From Pyrobaculum sp. (GTDB taxonomy: Archaea; Thermoproteota; Thermoprotei; Thermoproteales; Thermoproteaceae): 64,000 nucleotides of DNA. The position numbers were made by a program, and so were the translations under genes. Below the pieces are notes generated by a model. The model ran no database searches, was not told where the DNA came from, and saw only the letters and a list, made by a program, of their open reading frames with translations. The DNA is taken from assembly GCA_036833835.1 (NCBI GenBank), contig DAITPC010000002.1, positions 8,115 to 72,114 on the forward strand, written 5' to 3'. Positions 35,243 through 45,136 of this stretch are shown in pieces; the stretch's first letter is position 1, and every line of letters starts with the position of its first letter.

Positions 35243-36168
35243 TGGCGGTATCCATCAGAGCTGTCAAGAGGAACTTTGGCGACTTCATACTGGGGCCCAT
35301 AGACCTAGAGGTGGGAAGGGGGGAGAGAGTGGCCATTGTGGGGCCCTCAGGCTCCGGCAAATCCACGTTGCTCCGCATCGTCGCGGGACTCGTCAAGCCG
35401 GACGAAGGCCGCGTATATATAGACGGACACGACGTGACTATGATAGAGCCGTGGCGCCGCGGAATCGGGTTCGTCTTTCAAAGCCCCGCCCTCTTCTCCT
35501 CCCTCACCGTGTTGGAAAATGTAGCGGAGCCGCTCATTTCGCGCGGCGTCTCTAGGCAGGAGGCTGTGCGAAAGGCGCGCGAGGTCTTGGAGGTCCTGGG
35601 GCTTGGACACCTCGTGGGGAGGTACCCCGCACAGCTCAGCAGAGGACAACAACAGAGGGTGTCCCTCGCCAGGGCGCTTGTGTTGGAGCCACCTGTTTTG
35701 CTCCTCGACGAGCCTCTCACGGCGCTGGACGCCCCGCTGAGGGGGGAGGTTCTGCCCTATATCTACGAGGCGTCGAAGGGACGCACCGTGTTGTACGTCA
35801 CGCACGACTTTGAGGAGGCGACCTTCATCGCAAGCCGTGTGGTGGTCCTCATGGACGGCCGGGTGGCGGCCCAGGGAGATGCGGTGGAGCTTTTTGAAAA
35901 CCCGCCGGCGCCCAAGGTGGCCCAGTTCCTCGGCTACGTAAACTGGCTGAAGGCCAACTGTGGTCTTCTCTATTTTAGGCCGTGGGACGTAGCGCCGGGC
36001 TCTACCTACGTCGGCCGCGTCGTCGCCGTGTGGTACAAGGCGGGGAGATACGAGGTGTTGGCGGAGGTGGAGGGGCGACACGTGAGAATCTTCATGCCTA
36101 AGCCGCCGCAATCCGAGGTTTTCTCCTTCGACGTTGTCAAGGGGAAGTGCTTCCCTCAGATGGAGTAG
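35242..36168 (+). CDS. ABC importer ATP-binding protein (PotA/FbpC/ThiQ-like)
   Basis: It has GPSGSGKST, LSRGQQQRV and LLLDEPL, plus a C-terminal regulatory/OB-like domain. Confidence 0.9.
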   Translation: MAVSIRAVKRNFGDFILGPIDLEVGRGERVAIVGPSGSGKSTLLRIVAGLVKPDEGRVYIDGHDVTMIEPWRRGIGFVFQSPALFSSLTVLENVAEPLISRGVSRQEAVRKAREVLEVLGLGHLVGRYPAQLSRGQQQRVSLARALVLEPPVLLLDEPLTALDAPLRGEVLPYIYEASKGRTVLYVTHDFEEATFIASRVVVLMDGRVAAQGDAVELFENPPAPKVAQFLGYVNWLKANCGLLYFRPWDVAPGSTYVGRVVAVWYKAGRYEVLAEVEGRHVRIFMPKPPQSEVFSFDVVKGKCFPQME

Positions 36169-37595
36169 GGCCTCGGCTTTATGAGCCGCGACGCGGCGAG
36201 CAACGCCAGCACCAAAAGGGCGAGCACCGCCGAGTAAAAATGCCCAGTCTCGACAAGGTCCGGCGCTCTTGAGGTGAGGAGTCGGACGGCCTCCGCGGAG
36301 AGCGTCGTGGCGCCGCCTGTGGTGAGCATCAACGACAGCGTCGTCTCAGACAGCGAAGAAGCGAGAGCCACAAGCCAGGTCTGCACTAGGGTCGGCCCAA
36401 GGGCCTCGCTTATGATCCGCGTGACGCATTTCGACGGCCCTAGGTATAGGAGGCAAGCCTCCCTCGCGTCTACCCTTATCTTCTCCCAGGCGGGCTTGAC
36501 GAGGGAGTAGGCAAGCGGGGCGATAACTACTGCGTGGGCTACCGTTAGTATAATCAATGTGCCATACAGCGGCTGGGCCATGTGGAAAAAGCCAAGGGCG
36601 AAGAGGCTTTTCGAGAGAGAGACCGTAACCACATATGCCCACGCCGGTAGCCGCGAGCCGACGGAGTCTGAAACCAGAAAGGTCAACAACAGGAGGAGCA
36701 CCGCCGCAGACGACGTCAGCGCCACGGCGAAGCTGTTAAACAAAGGCTGAACCATGGCGTCAACGCCGCGGGGCGACAGCAGAGGCGAAAAGATGTAGAA
36801 CACCACCGCGAAGAAATAAAGCGCCACTCCGAGGGAAAACGCCGTAAGGACGGGACCCACGGCGGGGGCTCTCGGGGCGGGCTCCGCAGGCGGAGGCGCC
36901 GGAATTCTAAGGAGAGGAAGGGCGAGCACCGCCGAGGAGAGGAGGCCCAGCAAAACGAGGCTCGCCACGAGGTCCGTGGAGGCGAAGGATGTGGCGTAGA
37001 TGTAGACGAGAAGCTCAAGGGTGGGATATCTGCCGCCTAGGAGAAGCGGGGTCGTGAAGCTGAGGAAGCTGAAGATAAACACGGTAAAGAAGGAGTACAA
37101 GACGGCAGGTCGCAACTCGGCGAAGATTATCCTCAGCCTCGCCGCTGTCCTCCTCACGTAGAGGTCGGCCGCCTCCAGCAAGTCGGCCGGGATAGACCTG
37201 AGGTTAGACTCCACAGCCAGCGCCACATAGGGCCCGTAATACACGGCGTGCGCCACCACGATGCCCCACGGCCCGTACATGAAATCTCCGTGAAGCCTAA
37301 TCAACGCGTCTACCGTGGAGAGGGCGGGGGCAAAAAACGGCACAAGCGCCACGGGCTTAACCCAGGGGAGCCTGACATACGCCGGCACCAGGGCAAGCCC
37401 CACCGCCAGAGACAACGCCGCGGAAGCCGCCGCCTGGGCCCAAGTAAATGCGAAAACCCGAAGCACGTAGCTGTCCACCTGGAGGGAAACGCCATATCTA
37501 GCCAGGAGAATAAAGTAAGGGGCTGCAAACGCGGAGAGGAAAAAGAGTGGAGGAATTACGTACCGGCTCACCCGCCGAGTATCTCCCTCTGCCAC
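36156..37595 (-). CDS. ABC importer permease, duplicated (ThiP/FbpB-like, 12 TM)
   Basis: 479 aa made of two tandem permease halves. Confidence 0.8.
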   Translation of the reverse strand: MAEGDTRRVSRYVIPPLFFLSAFAAPYFILLARYGVSLQVDSYVLRVFAFTWAQAAASAALSLAVGLALVPAYVRLPWVKPVALVPFFAPALSTVDALIRLHGDFMYGPWGIVVAHAVYYGPYVALAVESNLRSIPADLLEAADLYVRRTAARLRIIFAELRPAVLYSFFTVFIFSFLSFTTPLLLGGRYPTLELLVYIYATSFASTDLVASLVLLGLLSSAVLALPLLRIPAPPPAEPAPRAPAVGPVLTAFSLGVALYFFAVVFYIFSPLLSPRGVDAMVQPLFNSFAVALTSSAAVLLLLLTFLVSDSVGSRLPAWAYVVTVSLSKSLFALGFFHMAQPLYGTLIILTVAHAVVIAPLAYSLVKPAWEKIRVDAREACLLYLGPSKCVTRIISEALGPTLVQTWLVALASSLSETTLSLMLTTGGATTLSAEAVRLLTSRAPDLVETGHFYSAVLALLVLALLAASRLIKPRPYSI

Positions 37596-38584
37596 CTAAG
37601 CCTCCACTCGTCGGCCTTGGACCCCAGCGCCGGGTTGTGCACCACGACGCTCAGCGGTTGCGGGAGGCCCTTGTTGTTTTCTATCTTCGCGTCGGGTCTC
37701 ACCGGAAGCATGTAGTTATACGGATCAACAAGGTCCTGCCCCTCTTTGCTCAGGGCGAATTTGACGAACTCCACAGCGAGGTCGCGGTTCTTCGAATTCT
37801 TAAGCACAGCCACGCCCTCCCTGTAGAGGAAGGCGCTTGAAATCGCAGCGCGCATATGTGGTGTGCCGGGGTCTATGGCGTGGCTGAACCACGACAAGAC
37901 GACGATCACCTCGCCCCGCTTGAGCGCGTTTCTCGTGGCCGTAAAACCACTGGGGTACCCCACCTTGGCGATCTGTCCAGCCAGTTGTTTAAGATAGCGC
38001 CACCCCTCCTCCTCGCCCTTCACAGACATGACCCATGAAAGCACCGCGAGACCTGTCCCCGAGGTAACGGGGTTTGGATACGCGACAAGCCCCTTGTACT
38101 CAGGCCTGAGCAGGTCGTCCAATGTCTCGGGCGGCTTCAAGCCGAGTCTCGCCAACGCGGTCTCGTTGTACACAATCCCGATGTATGACTTGTCCAGGGG
38201 GTAGACGCACCCATGGGGATCCCAGTACTCGTCGGCCGGCACCCCCTCTACCTTTATGCCGGGGCAGTAGAGGACATCCTTCTCAATCAAAACGGTGTAG
38301 TAGAACTCCGGAATGCCTATGGCCACGTCCCAAGGCGGATTATCCTTGTTGCGCACCAGCTCATTCACCATCTCCACCGCGCCTCCCAGCGGCACGAAGG
38401 TGGCGTTTACGCCGTATTTCCTGCTGAACCCCTGCGCCAGCGCCTTGCCCAAATCGCTTATGCCCTGAGGCCCGACGATGACAAACCTCTTCTCCGCGGT
38501 CTGCTGGTAGGCTTGCAACGCCAGGACGGCCACAAGCACGGCGGCCACGGCGAAAACCACCGCCAATAAAGTCCTAATAGACAT
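37568..38584 (-). CDS. ABC importer substrate-binding protein (thiamine/Fe3+-binding family-like)
   Basis: 338 aa with an N-terminal anchor (LLAVVFAVAAVLVAVLAL). It resembles the ThiB/FbpA family type II periplasmic binding fold. Confidence 0.7.
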   Translation of the reverse strand: MSIRTLLAVVFAVAAVLVAVLALQAYQQTAEKRFVIVGPQGISDLGKALAQGFSRKYGVNATFVPLGGAVEMVNELVRNKDNPPWDVAIGIPEFYYTVLIEKDVLYCPGIKVEGVPADEYWDPHGCVYPLDKSYIGIVYNETALARLGLKPPETLDDLLRPEYKGLVAYPNPVTSGTGLAVLSWVMSVKGEEEGWRYLKQLAGQIAKVGYPSGFTATRNALKRGEVIVVLSWFSHAIDPGTPHMRAAISSAFLYREGVAVLKNSKNRDLAVEFVKFALSKEGQDLVDPYNYMLPVRPDAKIENNKGLPQPLSVVVHNPALGSKADEWRLRWQREILGG

Positions 38585-38639
38585 ATGAGCGGCATGTTAT
38601 CTCTTTTTAAATGTTAAATACGTCCAAGTGGAGAGACTT

Positions 38640-38688
38640 GTGATGACACGGCCGTGACTCGACCGGTGAAGACGTGTTTCTAAGCTGA
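38640..38688 (+). ncRNA. candidate C/D box sRNA
   Basis: The sequence reads GTGATGA(C)-cacggccgtgac(12)-TCGA(D')-ccg-GTGAAGA(C')-cgtgtttctaag(12)-CTGA(D). The locus is intergenic. TATA-like tttttaaatgttaaata lies 20-35 nt upstream. Confidence 0.5.
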
Positions 38689-38693
38689 AAAAG

Positions 38694-40916
38694 TTAGAAT
38701 GTCTCGACGAAGTCCGTCGGCTTCGGGATATCCTCTTTTAAGCCTTTCTTCTTTCTTAGCTGCTTTACGAGGTCTAGCAGTAGCGACTCCGGCATGGGCG
38801 CCCACCGCGAGAACTGCATAGACCAGAAGATCTTGCCGGCGGCGGCCGCGCGGAGCTCGTCGCTTATGTTAAACGACTCAAGCACCGGGAGCTCCGCCCT
38901 CAGATACGCCATGTACTCCTGCTGAGTCATGTCCAGCACCTTCCCCCTGTGTTTGTTCAGCACTGAGGTCACCGCGCCGATGTAGTCGGGCGCAACCTTG
39001 ATGTCTAGCTTCATCAAAGGCTCCAGCACCGTCGGCCTCGCGGAGAGCACGGCGGCGAATATGGCGTTCTTAGTCGCAGGCATTATCTGCGCAGGACCGC
39101 GGTGGGCAGGGTCCTCGTGTACGACGGCGTCGACCAGCACCACCTTGACGCCCCTCATAGGCTCCATAGCCAAAGGCCCTGCCTCAGTAGCCCACCTAAA
39201 GCCCTGAACGATGTAGTCCCTTATCTCCCTGAGGTACTGAATGCCGGAGGTCCTGTCTACGATTATGTTGAAGTATCTGTCGTCGATAGCCCAAATGCCC
39301 CTTGCCTCGTCGGCGTCCCAGCCGGCTTTCTCGCGCAGGATCTTCGCCCGCTCCCTCGGATCCTGGTCCTCCGTGACCTCCTTCAGAGCGATGAGCTCTA
39401 TGGTGGTCTCGTCTAGAGGCTCTACGTAGAAGTAGAGGCGGTTGTGCTTGTTTGGGGATTTGCCCTCCCACACCTGCGACCTCTCCCGCACCGTCTCTCT
39501 GAAGCGGATCAGCGGCGGCGACACTGTGAATTCCGTCTTCGTCCTCTCCTTCAACAGCCACGTGGCGATCTCCAGGTGGAGGGTGCCAACGCCGGACAGC
39601 AGAATCTGGCCGGTCTCTTGGTCAATCTTGAGGTCCAGGGTGGGGTCCTCGATCACCAAGTCTTTCAAAGCCTCCACCAGCCTAGCCAGCTCGGCCGGGT
39701 TCTTCGGCTCGATGGCCACCGTCACCACCGGCTCGGAGATGTATCTCATCCTCTCAAACGGCGGGATGTCTGCGTATTTCGGATCCACCAAGGTGTCGCC
39801 AGCCCTGGCCTCGTCTACGCCCATCAAAGCCACTATGTTGCCGGCGGGCATATACGGCACGATGATTCTCGTGGGGCCCATGTAGATGTATGTCTGTAGC
39901 ACCTTCTTCTTCAGCTTCCTGCCGATTATGTAGATCTCGTCGCCCTCCCTGATCGTGCCGGAGAACACGCGGCCTGTGGCGATCAAGCCGGCGTGGGGGT
40001 CCTTATTCACCTTGCTGATGGCCACTACGGTCGGTCCGTTGGGGTCCGCCTCGAGAAGGGCCTTGCCAACCTCGCTGTTTAAGTCGCCGCGCCAAAGTCT
40101 CGGGATTCTGTACTTCTGCGCCACGTTAGGCGGCGGCACGTGTTCAATTATCATAGTCAGCAGGGTCTTATACAGCGGGAACTCCTCAGCCAGCTTATCC
40201 ACGTACCCCTTCTCGTACGCATCCACTATGTTGCTGAACCTGAGACCTGTCTTCTGAGCCAGCGGGATCGTGATGCCCCACTTGTGAAGCGCCGACCCCA
40301 GCGCCACCTGGCCCTTGCCCGGGTCCACCTTCCACTTGTCTTTAAACTCCGGCGGGCCGAACATGTCGATCAAGGCGTTGAAGTCCTTCACAATGGTCAA
40401 AATCCTCTGCTGGATCTCCTGAGGCGAAAGTCTAAGCTCCTTGATGAGGCGGTCGATCTTGTTTATGAAGAGCACAGGCCTAACGTACTCCTCCAGAGCC
40501 TGCCTCACCACGGTCTCAGTCTGCGTCATGACGCCCTCAACGGCGTCAACCACCACGAGGCCGCCGTCCATCACCCTAAGCGAGCGGGTGACGTGACCAG
40601 TGAAGTCCACGTGGCCCGGCGTGTCGACGAAGTTAATCAGATACGGCTTGCCTCCGTATTCGAAATACAGCGAGATGTTAGCCGCCTTGACAGTCATCTG
40701 CCTCAGTTGCTCGATGGGGACGTAGTCCATCGCAAGCGCCTTCCCAGCAACCTTAGGCGACAGAAGGCCGGCGCCCATCAGAAGCGAGTCGCTTGTAGTA
40801 GTCTTGCCGTGGTCGACATGTGCCAGTGTGCCGGCGTTTCGGATCTGCGCAGGGTTCTTCGCAATTGCTAAAATCTCGTCCAGTTGCTTTTCAACGATCC
40901 TAACCGCTGAAGACAT
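38694..40916 (-). CDS. fusA: translation elongation factor 2 (aEF-2)
   Basis: It has AHVDHGKTTTSDSLL, DTPGHVDF and the diphthamide-loop context HEDPAHRGPAQ. It is colinear with archaeal EF-2 over its full length. Confidence 0.97.
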   Translation of the reverse strand: MSSAVRIVEKQLDEILAIAKNPAQIRNAGTLAHVDHGKTTTSDSLLMGAGLLSPKVAGKALAMDYVPIEQLRQMTVKAANISLYFEYGGKPYLINFVDTPGHVDFTGHVTRSLRVMDGGLVVVDAVEGVMTQTETVVRQALEEYVRPVLFINKIDRLIKELRLSPQEIQQRILTIVKDFNALIDMFGPPEFKDKWKVDPGKGQVALGSALHKWGITIPLAQKTGLRFSNIVDAYEKGYVDKLAEEFPLYKTLLTMIIEHVPPPNVAQKYRIPRLWRGDLNSEVGKALLEADPNGPTVVAISKVNKDPHAGLIATGRVFSGTIREGDEIYIIGRKLKKKVLQTYIYMGPTRIIVPYMPAGNIVALMGVDEARAGDTLVDPKYADIPPFERMRYISEPVVTVAIEPKNPAELARLVEALKDLVIEDPTLDLKIDQETGQILLSGVGTLHLEIATWLLKERTKTEFTVSPPLIRFRETVRERSQVWEGKSPNKHNRLYFYVEPLDETTIELIALKEVTEDQDPRERAKILREKAGWDADEARGIWAIDDRYFNIIVDRTSGIQYLREIRDYIVQGFRWATEAGPLAMEPMRGVKVVLVDAVVHEDPAHRGPAQIMPATKNAIFAAVLSARPTVLEPLMKLDIKVAPDYIGAVTSVLNKHRGKVLDMTQQEYMAYLRAELPVLESFNISDELRAAAAGKIFWSMQFSRWAPMPESLLLDLVKQLRKKKGLKEDIPKPTDFVETF

Positions 40917-41048
40917 GCCCGACGATGAGAATACATATATTAATTTTTCTCCCCCGCATTACCCAAAACCGCCGGCGTGTAGGCCGTGAGAGGCACGTAG
41001 CGGCTTGAATGTGGCATAACGCCGTGGATACTTGGCAGTTGACGAGGC

Positions 41049-41693
41049 TTAGTCGCAAGCTCTGTCTAGCGGTTCGGCGTATTGCTGGGGATCCCCGCGC
41101 CACGCCATCTTCCCCTCCCTAAGCGCGATCAAGGTGTGGCAACACCTCAGAACGTCGCCGTGGTGTGTGGTTACGACAACCCCTCTCCCCGCCGCGTAGT
41201 CGGCGAGTATCCGCATGACGCGACCCCGCCAGTCGCCGTGTAAATGTGCTAGAGGCTCGTCGAGGAGGAGGAGGTCTGCCTCCGCCGCCAGCGCCGCCGC
41301 GATGACAACCCTCTGTCTCTGCCCCCCACTGAGGGTTTTCCACCTCCTCTCCGCGAGGTCCTCAACCTCCAGGAGACGCATGTAGCGCCTTGCCGCCTCC
41401 ACGTCCGCCCTCCCCACCGGCGTGGGGGAGAAGCGGGATCTCCCGGCCAGCGCCACCTCTACCGCCGCCGCGTCGGGGGGCACGTAGAGCTCCCCTACAT
41501 ATACCTTCACCTTGACGCCGACGTGCTCCACCAGGCCGCGGTCGGGCTTCAGGAGGCCCGCCAAGATCTTGAGGAGGGTGGTTTTTCCCGACCCGTTGGG
41601 CCCCACTACGCAGGTTAGCCCCTCCCCCAGCTCGCCAGCCGCCTCAAGGACAAAGTCGCCAAGCCACTTAACTACGTTAAACCTTACGTACAT
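41049..41693 (-). CDS. ABC transporter ATP-binding protein (FepC/BtuD-like)
   Basis: It has GPNGSGKTT, LSGGQRQRV and LLLDEPL. It overlaps the permease gene. Confidence 0.85.
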   Translation of the reverse strand: MYVRFNVVKWLGDFVLEAAGELGEGLTCVVGPNGSGKTTLLKILAGLLKPDRGLVEHVGVKVKVYVGELYVPPDAAAVEVALAGRSRFSPTPVGRADVEAARRYMRLLEVEDLAERRWKTLSGGQRQRVVIAAALAAEADLLLLDEPLAHLHGDWRGRVMRILADYAAGRGVVVTTHHGDVLRCCHTLIALREGKMAWRGDPQQYAEPLDRACD

Positions 41694-42600
41694 ACCTCCA
41701 CAGAAGCCAGCCGGCTGCAGGGGCGCCCACTAGAGACAACACCACGTTGACCGGCAGCTCTCGGGGCAGGAGGAGCCTAGTCACCAGGTCGGCCGCAAGG
41801 GCGAGGGCAGCGCCAAGCCCCGCCGTCTCCAGAAGCACCAGATCCGCCCTATGGCGTCCGGTTACCCAACGCGCCATGTGGGGGGCTAGTAAGCCGACGA
41901 ACCCCACAGGCCCTACGGAAGCTACGGCAACGCCGACGCCCGCCGAGGCCGCGCCAACGACGTAGGTGACAGCTCTTCTCACGTCTACCCCCAGCCCCGC
42001 CGCCGCCTCCTCGCCGTGTATAAGCGCCGCCACATGACGCGAGTTGAAATAGACGAACGAAACCAGGACAAGCGCCGCCGCGGCTATGATGTACCCCCAC
42101 CCGCCGGCGGGGTAAGCGGCGAAGCTCCCCTGGAGACCCAAGTATATGTAGCCCAACTCCTCCGGCGGGAGGGCCAGCAACGCAAGCTGAAGCGCGGAGA
42201 ACGCTACGTAGGAGAGGAGGACGCCCGCCATGAGCACTACGAGCATCCCCGCCCTCCTCGTGAGGAGGAGCAAGGCGGTCGTCGCGGCGGCGGCGCCCAG
42301 CAACGCGCCGAGGAAGAAGCCGAGATACGGGAGACCCCAGAGCCTCCACATGAGGTACGATCCCAGAGCCGTGAGGACGGCGACGCCGCTGATTCCCAGC
42401 ACGTAGGGGTCCGCCAGGGGGTTCCTCAACGCGGTCTGGAGGAGGAGGCCCGACACGCCGAGCAAAACGCCGACTACCACGGCGCCGAGGGCACGGGGAA
42501 ACCTAACCGTCTCGATAATATATGGGTCTACACCGGCGGGACCCAGGAGAACTGCGGCGGAAAAAAGTAGTGGAATTAGGAAGAGCAGGAGCCGCCTCAC
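41677..42600 (-). CDS. FecCD/BtuC-family permease
   Basis: About 307 aa from the GTG at 42600, which overlaps the TGA of the binding-protein gene (GTGA). It is polytopic and Gly/Ala-rich, as is typical of the FecCD family. Confidence 0.85.
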   Translation of the reverse strand: MRRLLLFLIPLLFSAAVLLGPAGVDPYIIETVRFPRALGAVVVGVLLGVSGLLLQTALRNPLADPYVLGISGVAVLTALGSYLMWRLWGLPYLGFFLGALLGAAAATTALLLLTRRAGMLVVLMAGVLLSYVAFSALQLALLALPPEELGYIYLGLQGSFAAYPAGGWGYIIAAAALVLVSFVYFNSRHVAALIHGEEAAAGLGVDVRRAVTYVVGAASAGVGVAVASVGPVGFVGLLAPHMARWVTGRHRADLVLLETAGLGAALALAADLVTRLLLPRELPVNVVLSLVGAPAAGWLLWRYVRKV

Positions 42601-43898
42601 CGCAGATGCACAAACAACGTGAAGTTGCCGGGTGGCGACACCTCTGGGTGCAGTATCCACACGAGCTCTTCCAAGACGCGCTCTGGGTAGGCGTTGGCCA
42701 GCTGGAAGAAGGCGGGGCTGTAGGCGTAGACCCGGCCCAAGATGACCGGCCTCAGCTCCTTGAGCCTAGGCTCAGCCTTCAGCAGGTCCTCGACCGTGGA
42801 AAGGCCGTAGCCCGACCAGATGAGGATGTCCACGTCGTTTCTGTGTTTGAGGACCACCTCCATGTCTACTTTGCTGTAGTTGGCGTAGGCGTATCTCCCG
42901 CCGGCTAGGCGTATCAGCTCCCTGGCGCCGGGGCCCGCAGGATACAGCACCCCGCCGAAGATTATAAACCACGCCACCCTCGGCCTCTCTAGGTCGGCCA
43001 CCAGCGACATGAGGGAGCTCCACCTTGCCTCAACCGAGTTGAAGATCCTCTCGGCGTCTTTCGTGGCGTTGAAGAACACTGCGATGAACTTAATCCACTC
43101 GGCTCTGCCGAGGGGGGAGGCCTCCTGGAACTCGTTCACAACGACGTAGGAGATACCCATCTGCGCCAGCCTCTTGACCACGGCCTCGGTGCCGTAGGGG
43201 CCTGGGTAGAAGTAGACTAAGACCACGTCTGGTTTCAACGCGGCAAGCTTCTCGAAATTAGGCGAGTTGGCGGGGCCAACGTCGGCTATCGTCCCGTTTT
43301 CCAGAAGCGCCTTCACCTCGGGCAGATACCAATCGTACTGGCGGCCCCACATGATTCCCGCGATAGACCTTAACACGTCTACACGGCTCGTTTCCACGTA
43401 GAGGCGATACGCCATCGCGACAGCGGTTGACGACATGAACACCGCTCTCCCGACGGGGTACTCCACCACGACGTCCGGCCTGTATTTCTCCCGGTAATAC
43501 ACGGCCATATCCTGCGGCAGACCCCGGGGCACCGCCAAAACCCTCCTCCCCAAGGCGTCTGTGAGGACGTACACATCTCCCTCGTACGATGCGGCGAAGA
43601 GCTTGGCGTATCTCACCGTAAGCGAGCCCGCCGGCCGCGACGCCACTTCAGCCAGAAGCCGCGCCTCCGCGTACGCCGCCGATGCCGTCTTGTTCACAGA
43701 AGCCACTATCGACCTAAGCTCCTGTATATCCCCACGGAGACCTCCAACGTTACGGGCAACCTCATCAAGGCTTTTCTGAAGCTGAGTCAGCTGGCTTGAA
43801 ATGGTCTGCGCCGTCGAGATAGCTTGATACGCAAACGCAACTGCGATGGCCGCCACGAGGAGCGCAATGGCAGCTACTGCAGTCGTGAGCTTATTCAT
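42597..43898 (-). CDS. BtuF/FepB-like substrate-binding protein with N-terminal anchor and coiled-coil linker
   Basis: 433 aa. A TM anchor is followed by a helical Q/S-rich linker and then a class III periplasmic binding fold-like region. Confidence 0.7.
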   Translation of the reverse strand: MNKLTTAVAAIALLVAAIAVAFAYQAISTAQTISSQLTQLQKSLDEVARNVGGLRGDIQELRSIVASVNKTASAAYAEARLLAEVASRPAGSLTVRYAKLFAASYEGDVYVLTDALGRRVLAVPRGLPQDMAVYYREKYRPDVVVEYPVGRAVFMSSTAVAMAYRLYVETSRVDVLRSIAGIMWGRQYDWYLPEVKALLENGTIADVGPANSPNFEKLAALKPDVVLVYFYPGPYGTEAVVKRLAQMGISYVVVNEFQEASPLGRAEWIKFIAVFFNATKDAERIFNSVEARWSSLMSLVADLERPRVAWFIIFGGVLYPAGPGARELIRLAGGRYAYANYSKVDMEVVLKHRNDVDILIWSGYGLSTVEDLLKAEPRLKELRPVILGRVYAYSPAFFQLANAYPERVLEELVWILHPEVSPPGNFTLFVHLR

Positions 43899-43916
43899 AA
43901 GGTGGAGAATTCTCCA

Positions 43917-45083
43917 TTATTTATAGTTTTCGGGTATCAGAGCCGCCTCGGCTACGTCTGTCACATACGGCGGTAGCCACGCCGTACCTTTCTCAGCTGC
44001 TTTTTTAAAAACGTCTGCGATAACCTCAGGTGAGCCGCCCTTGGATAAGAATTCTGCGACGGCCGCCGCCCGGTTAACTGCGCTACGCCACTCCACCCGC
44101 CAGACGTAGTCGTAGAACTTCAGTCTGTACTGCGGCGGCTCCCGCGGCTTTAACGCCTCTTCCACAGCCCTCCGTGTCTCCTCCAGAGAGCGGGCCGACT
44201 CCACCGCAATTTCTAGATACGCCGTGTCTCCCACCACGTCGTAATCCACGTAGTAAGAATACGCAATTCCCCCAGTCCTCAGGATGTGAAAAAGAATAGA
44301 CTTAGTCCCAGCCTCTAGGTGGAAGGCGGCGCCGTATAAGAGGGCGTAGAGAGAAGCCGGATCGTCTACAGAGAGGCGGAGGGTCTTGGCGTAATATACG
44401 CCGTCTATATCCCGCTCCTCTACAATAAGCCTAGGGCCGGACGTTGCGGCTGGACGCCTCTTGGTTGGTTTAGTCCCAGTCAGCCCTCCGAAGAGCTCCA
44501 CCACGCGTTTTACCGCCTCTTCGCCGAAGCCACCTGAAAGCACCACGACTGTGTTGTCGGGGGTGAACCACCTCTCTTTAAACTCCACCAGGTCCTTCAA
44601 CGTGATGGCAGAGACAGTCTCGGGGGTTCCGCCGACTGGGTCACCCCAGTCTGAGTCGCCGAAAAGCGCCCGGATGCCCAGCTCCCCAACCCGCGACGAG
44701 GGGTCTTCTCTCGCCTGCCTAAGTTCAGAAAGCACCACGTCTCTCTCCCGGAGGAGGTTCTCCTCGGCGTAGCGGCTATTCACGTAAAGTCTATACGCCA
44801 GCTCCACCAGCCCCGGCGCCGACTCGGCTACGGCCTCTAGAGTCACCATGAGGAGGTCTCTCTGCGTGTATGCGTTGTTAAAGCCTCCCAGCGACTCCAC
44901 AGCCTCGTCTACGTCGAAGCCCGGCACCCGGAACAACATGTGCTCCAGGAGGTGCGTGATGCCTCTACGCTCTCTCTCCTCATACAGCGAGCCGACCCCC
45001 ACCGCCACCACCACAGCCGCGGTAGGCGACTCGAAGCGGTCCAGCACCACGGTAACCCCGTTGTCCAGCTTCACAGTCTCCAC
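43917..45083 (-). CDS. M16 (pitrilysin/insulinase) family zinc peptidase
   Basis: It has the inverted zinc motif HLLEHMLF (HxxEH) near the N-terminus. Single M16 unit of 388 aa. Confidence 0.8.
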   Translation of the reverse strand: METVKLDNGVTVVLDRFESPTAAVVVAVGVGSLYEERERRGITHLLEHMLFRVPGFDVDEAVESLGGFNNAYTQRDLLMVTLEAVAESAPGLVELAYRLYVNSRYAEENLLRERDVVLSELRQAREDPSSRVGELGIRALFGDSDWGDPVGGTPETVSAITLKDLVEFKERWFTPDNTVVVLSGGFGEEAVKRVVELFGGLTGTKPTKRRPAATSGPRLIVEERDIDGVYYAKTLRLSVDDPASLYALLYGAAFHLEAGTKSILFHILRTGGIAYSYYVDYDVVGDTAYLEIAVESARSLEETRRAVEEALKPREPPQYRLKFYDYVWRVEWRSAVNRAAAVAEFLSKGGSPEVIADVFKKAAEKGTAWLPPYVTDVAEAALIPENYK

Positions 45084-45136
45084 AGAGGGAGGAAGCCCCC
45101 ACTATATGAACTTAAAAACTGGACTTGTAGACGTAT

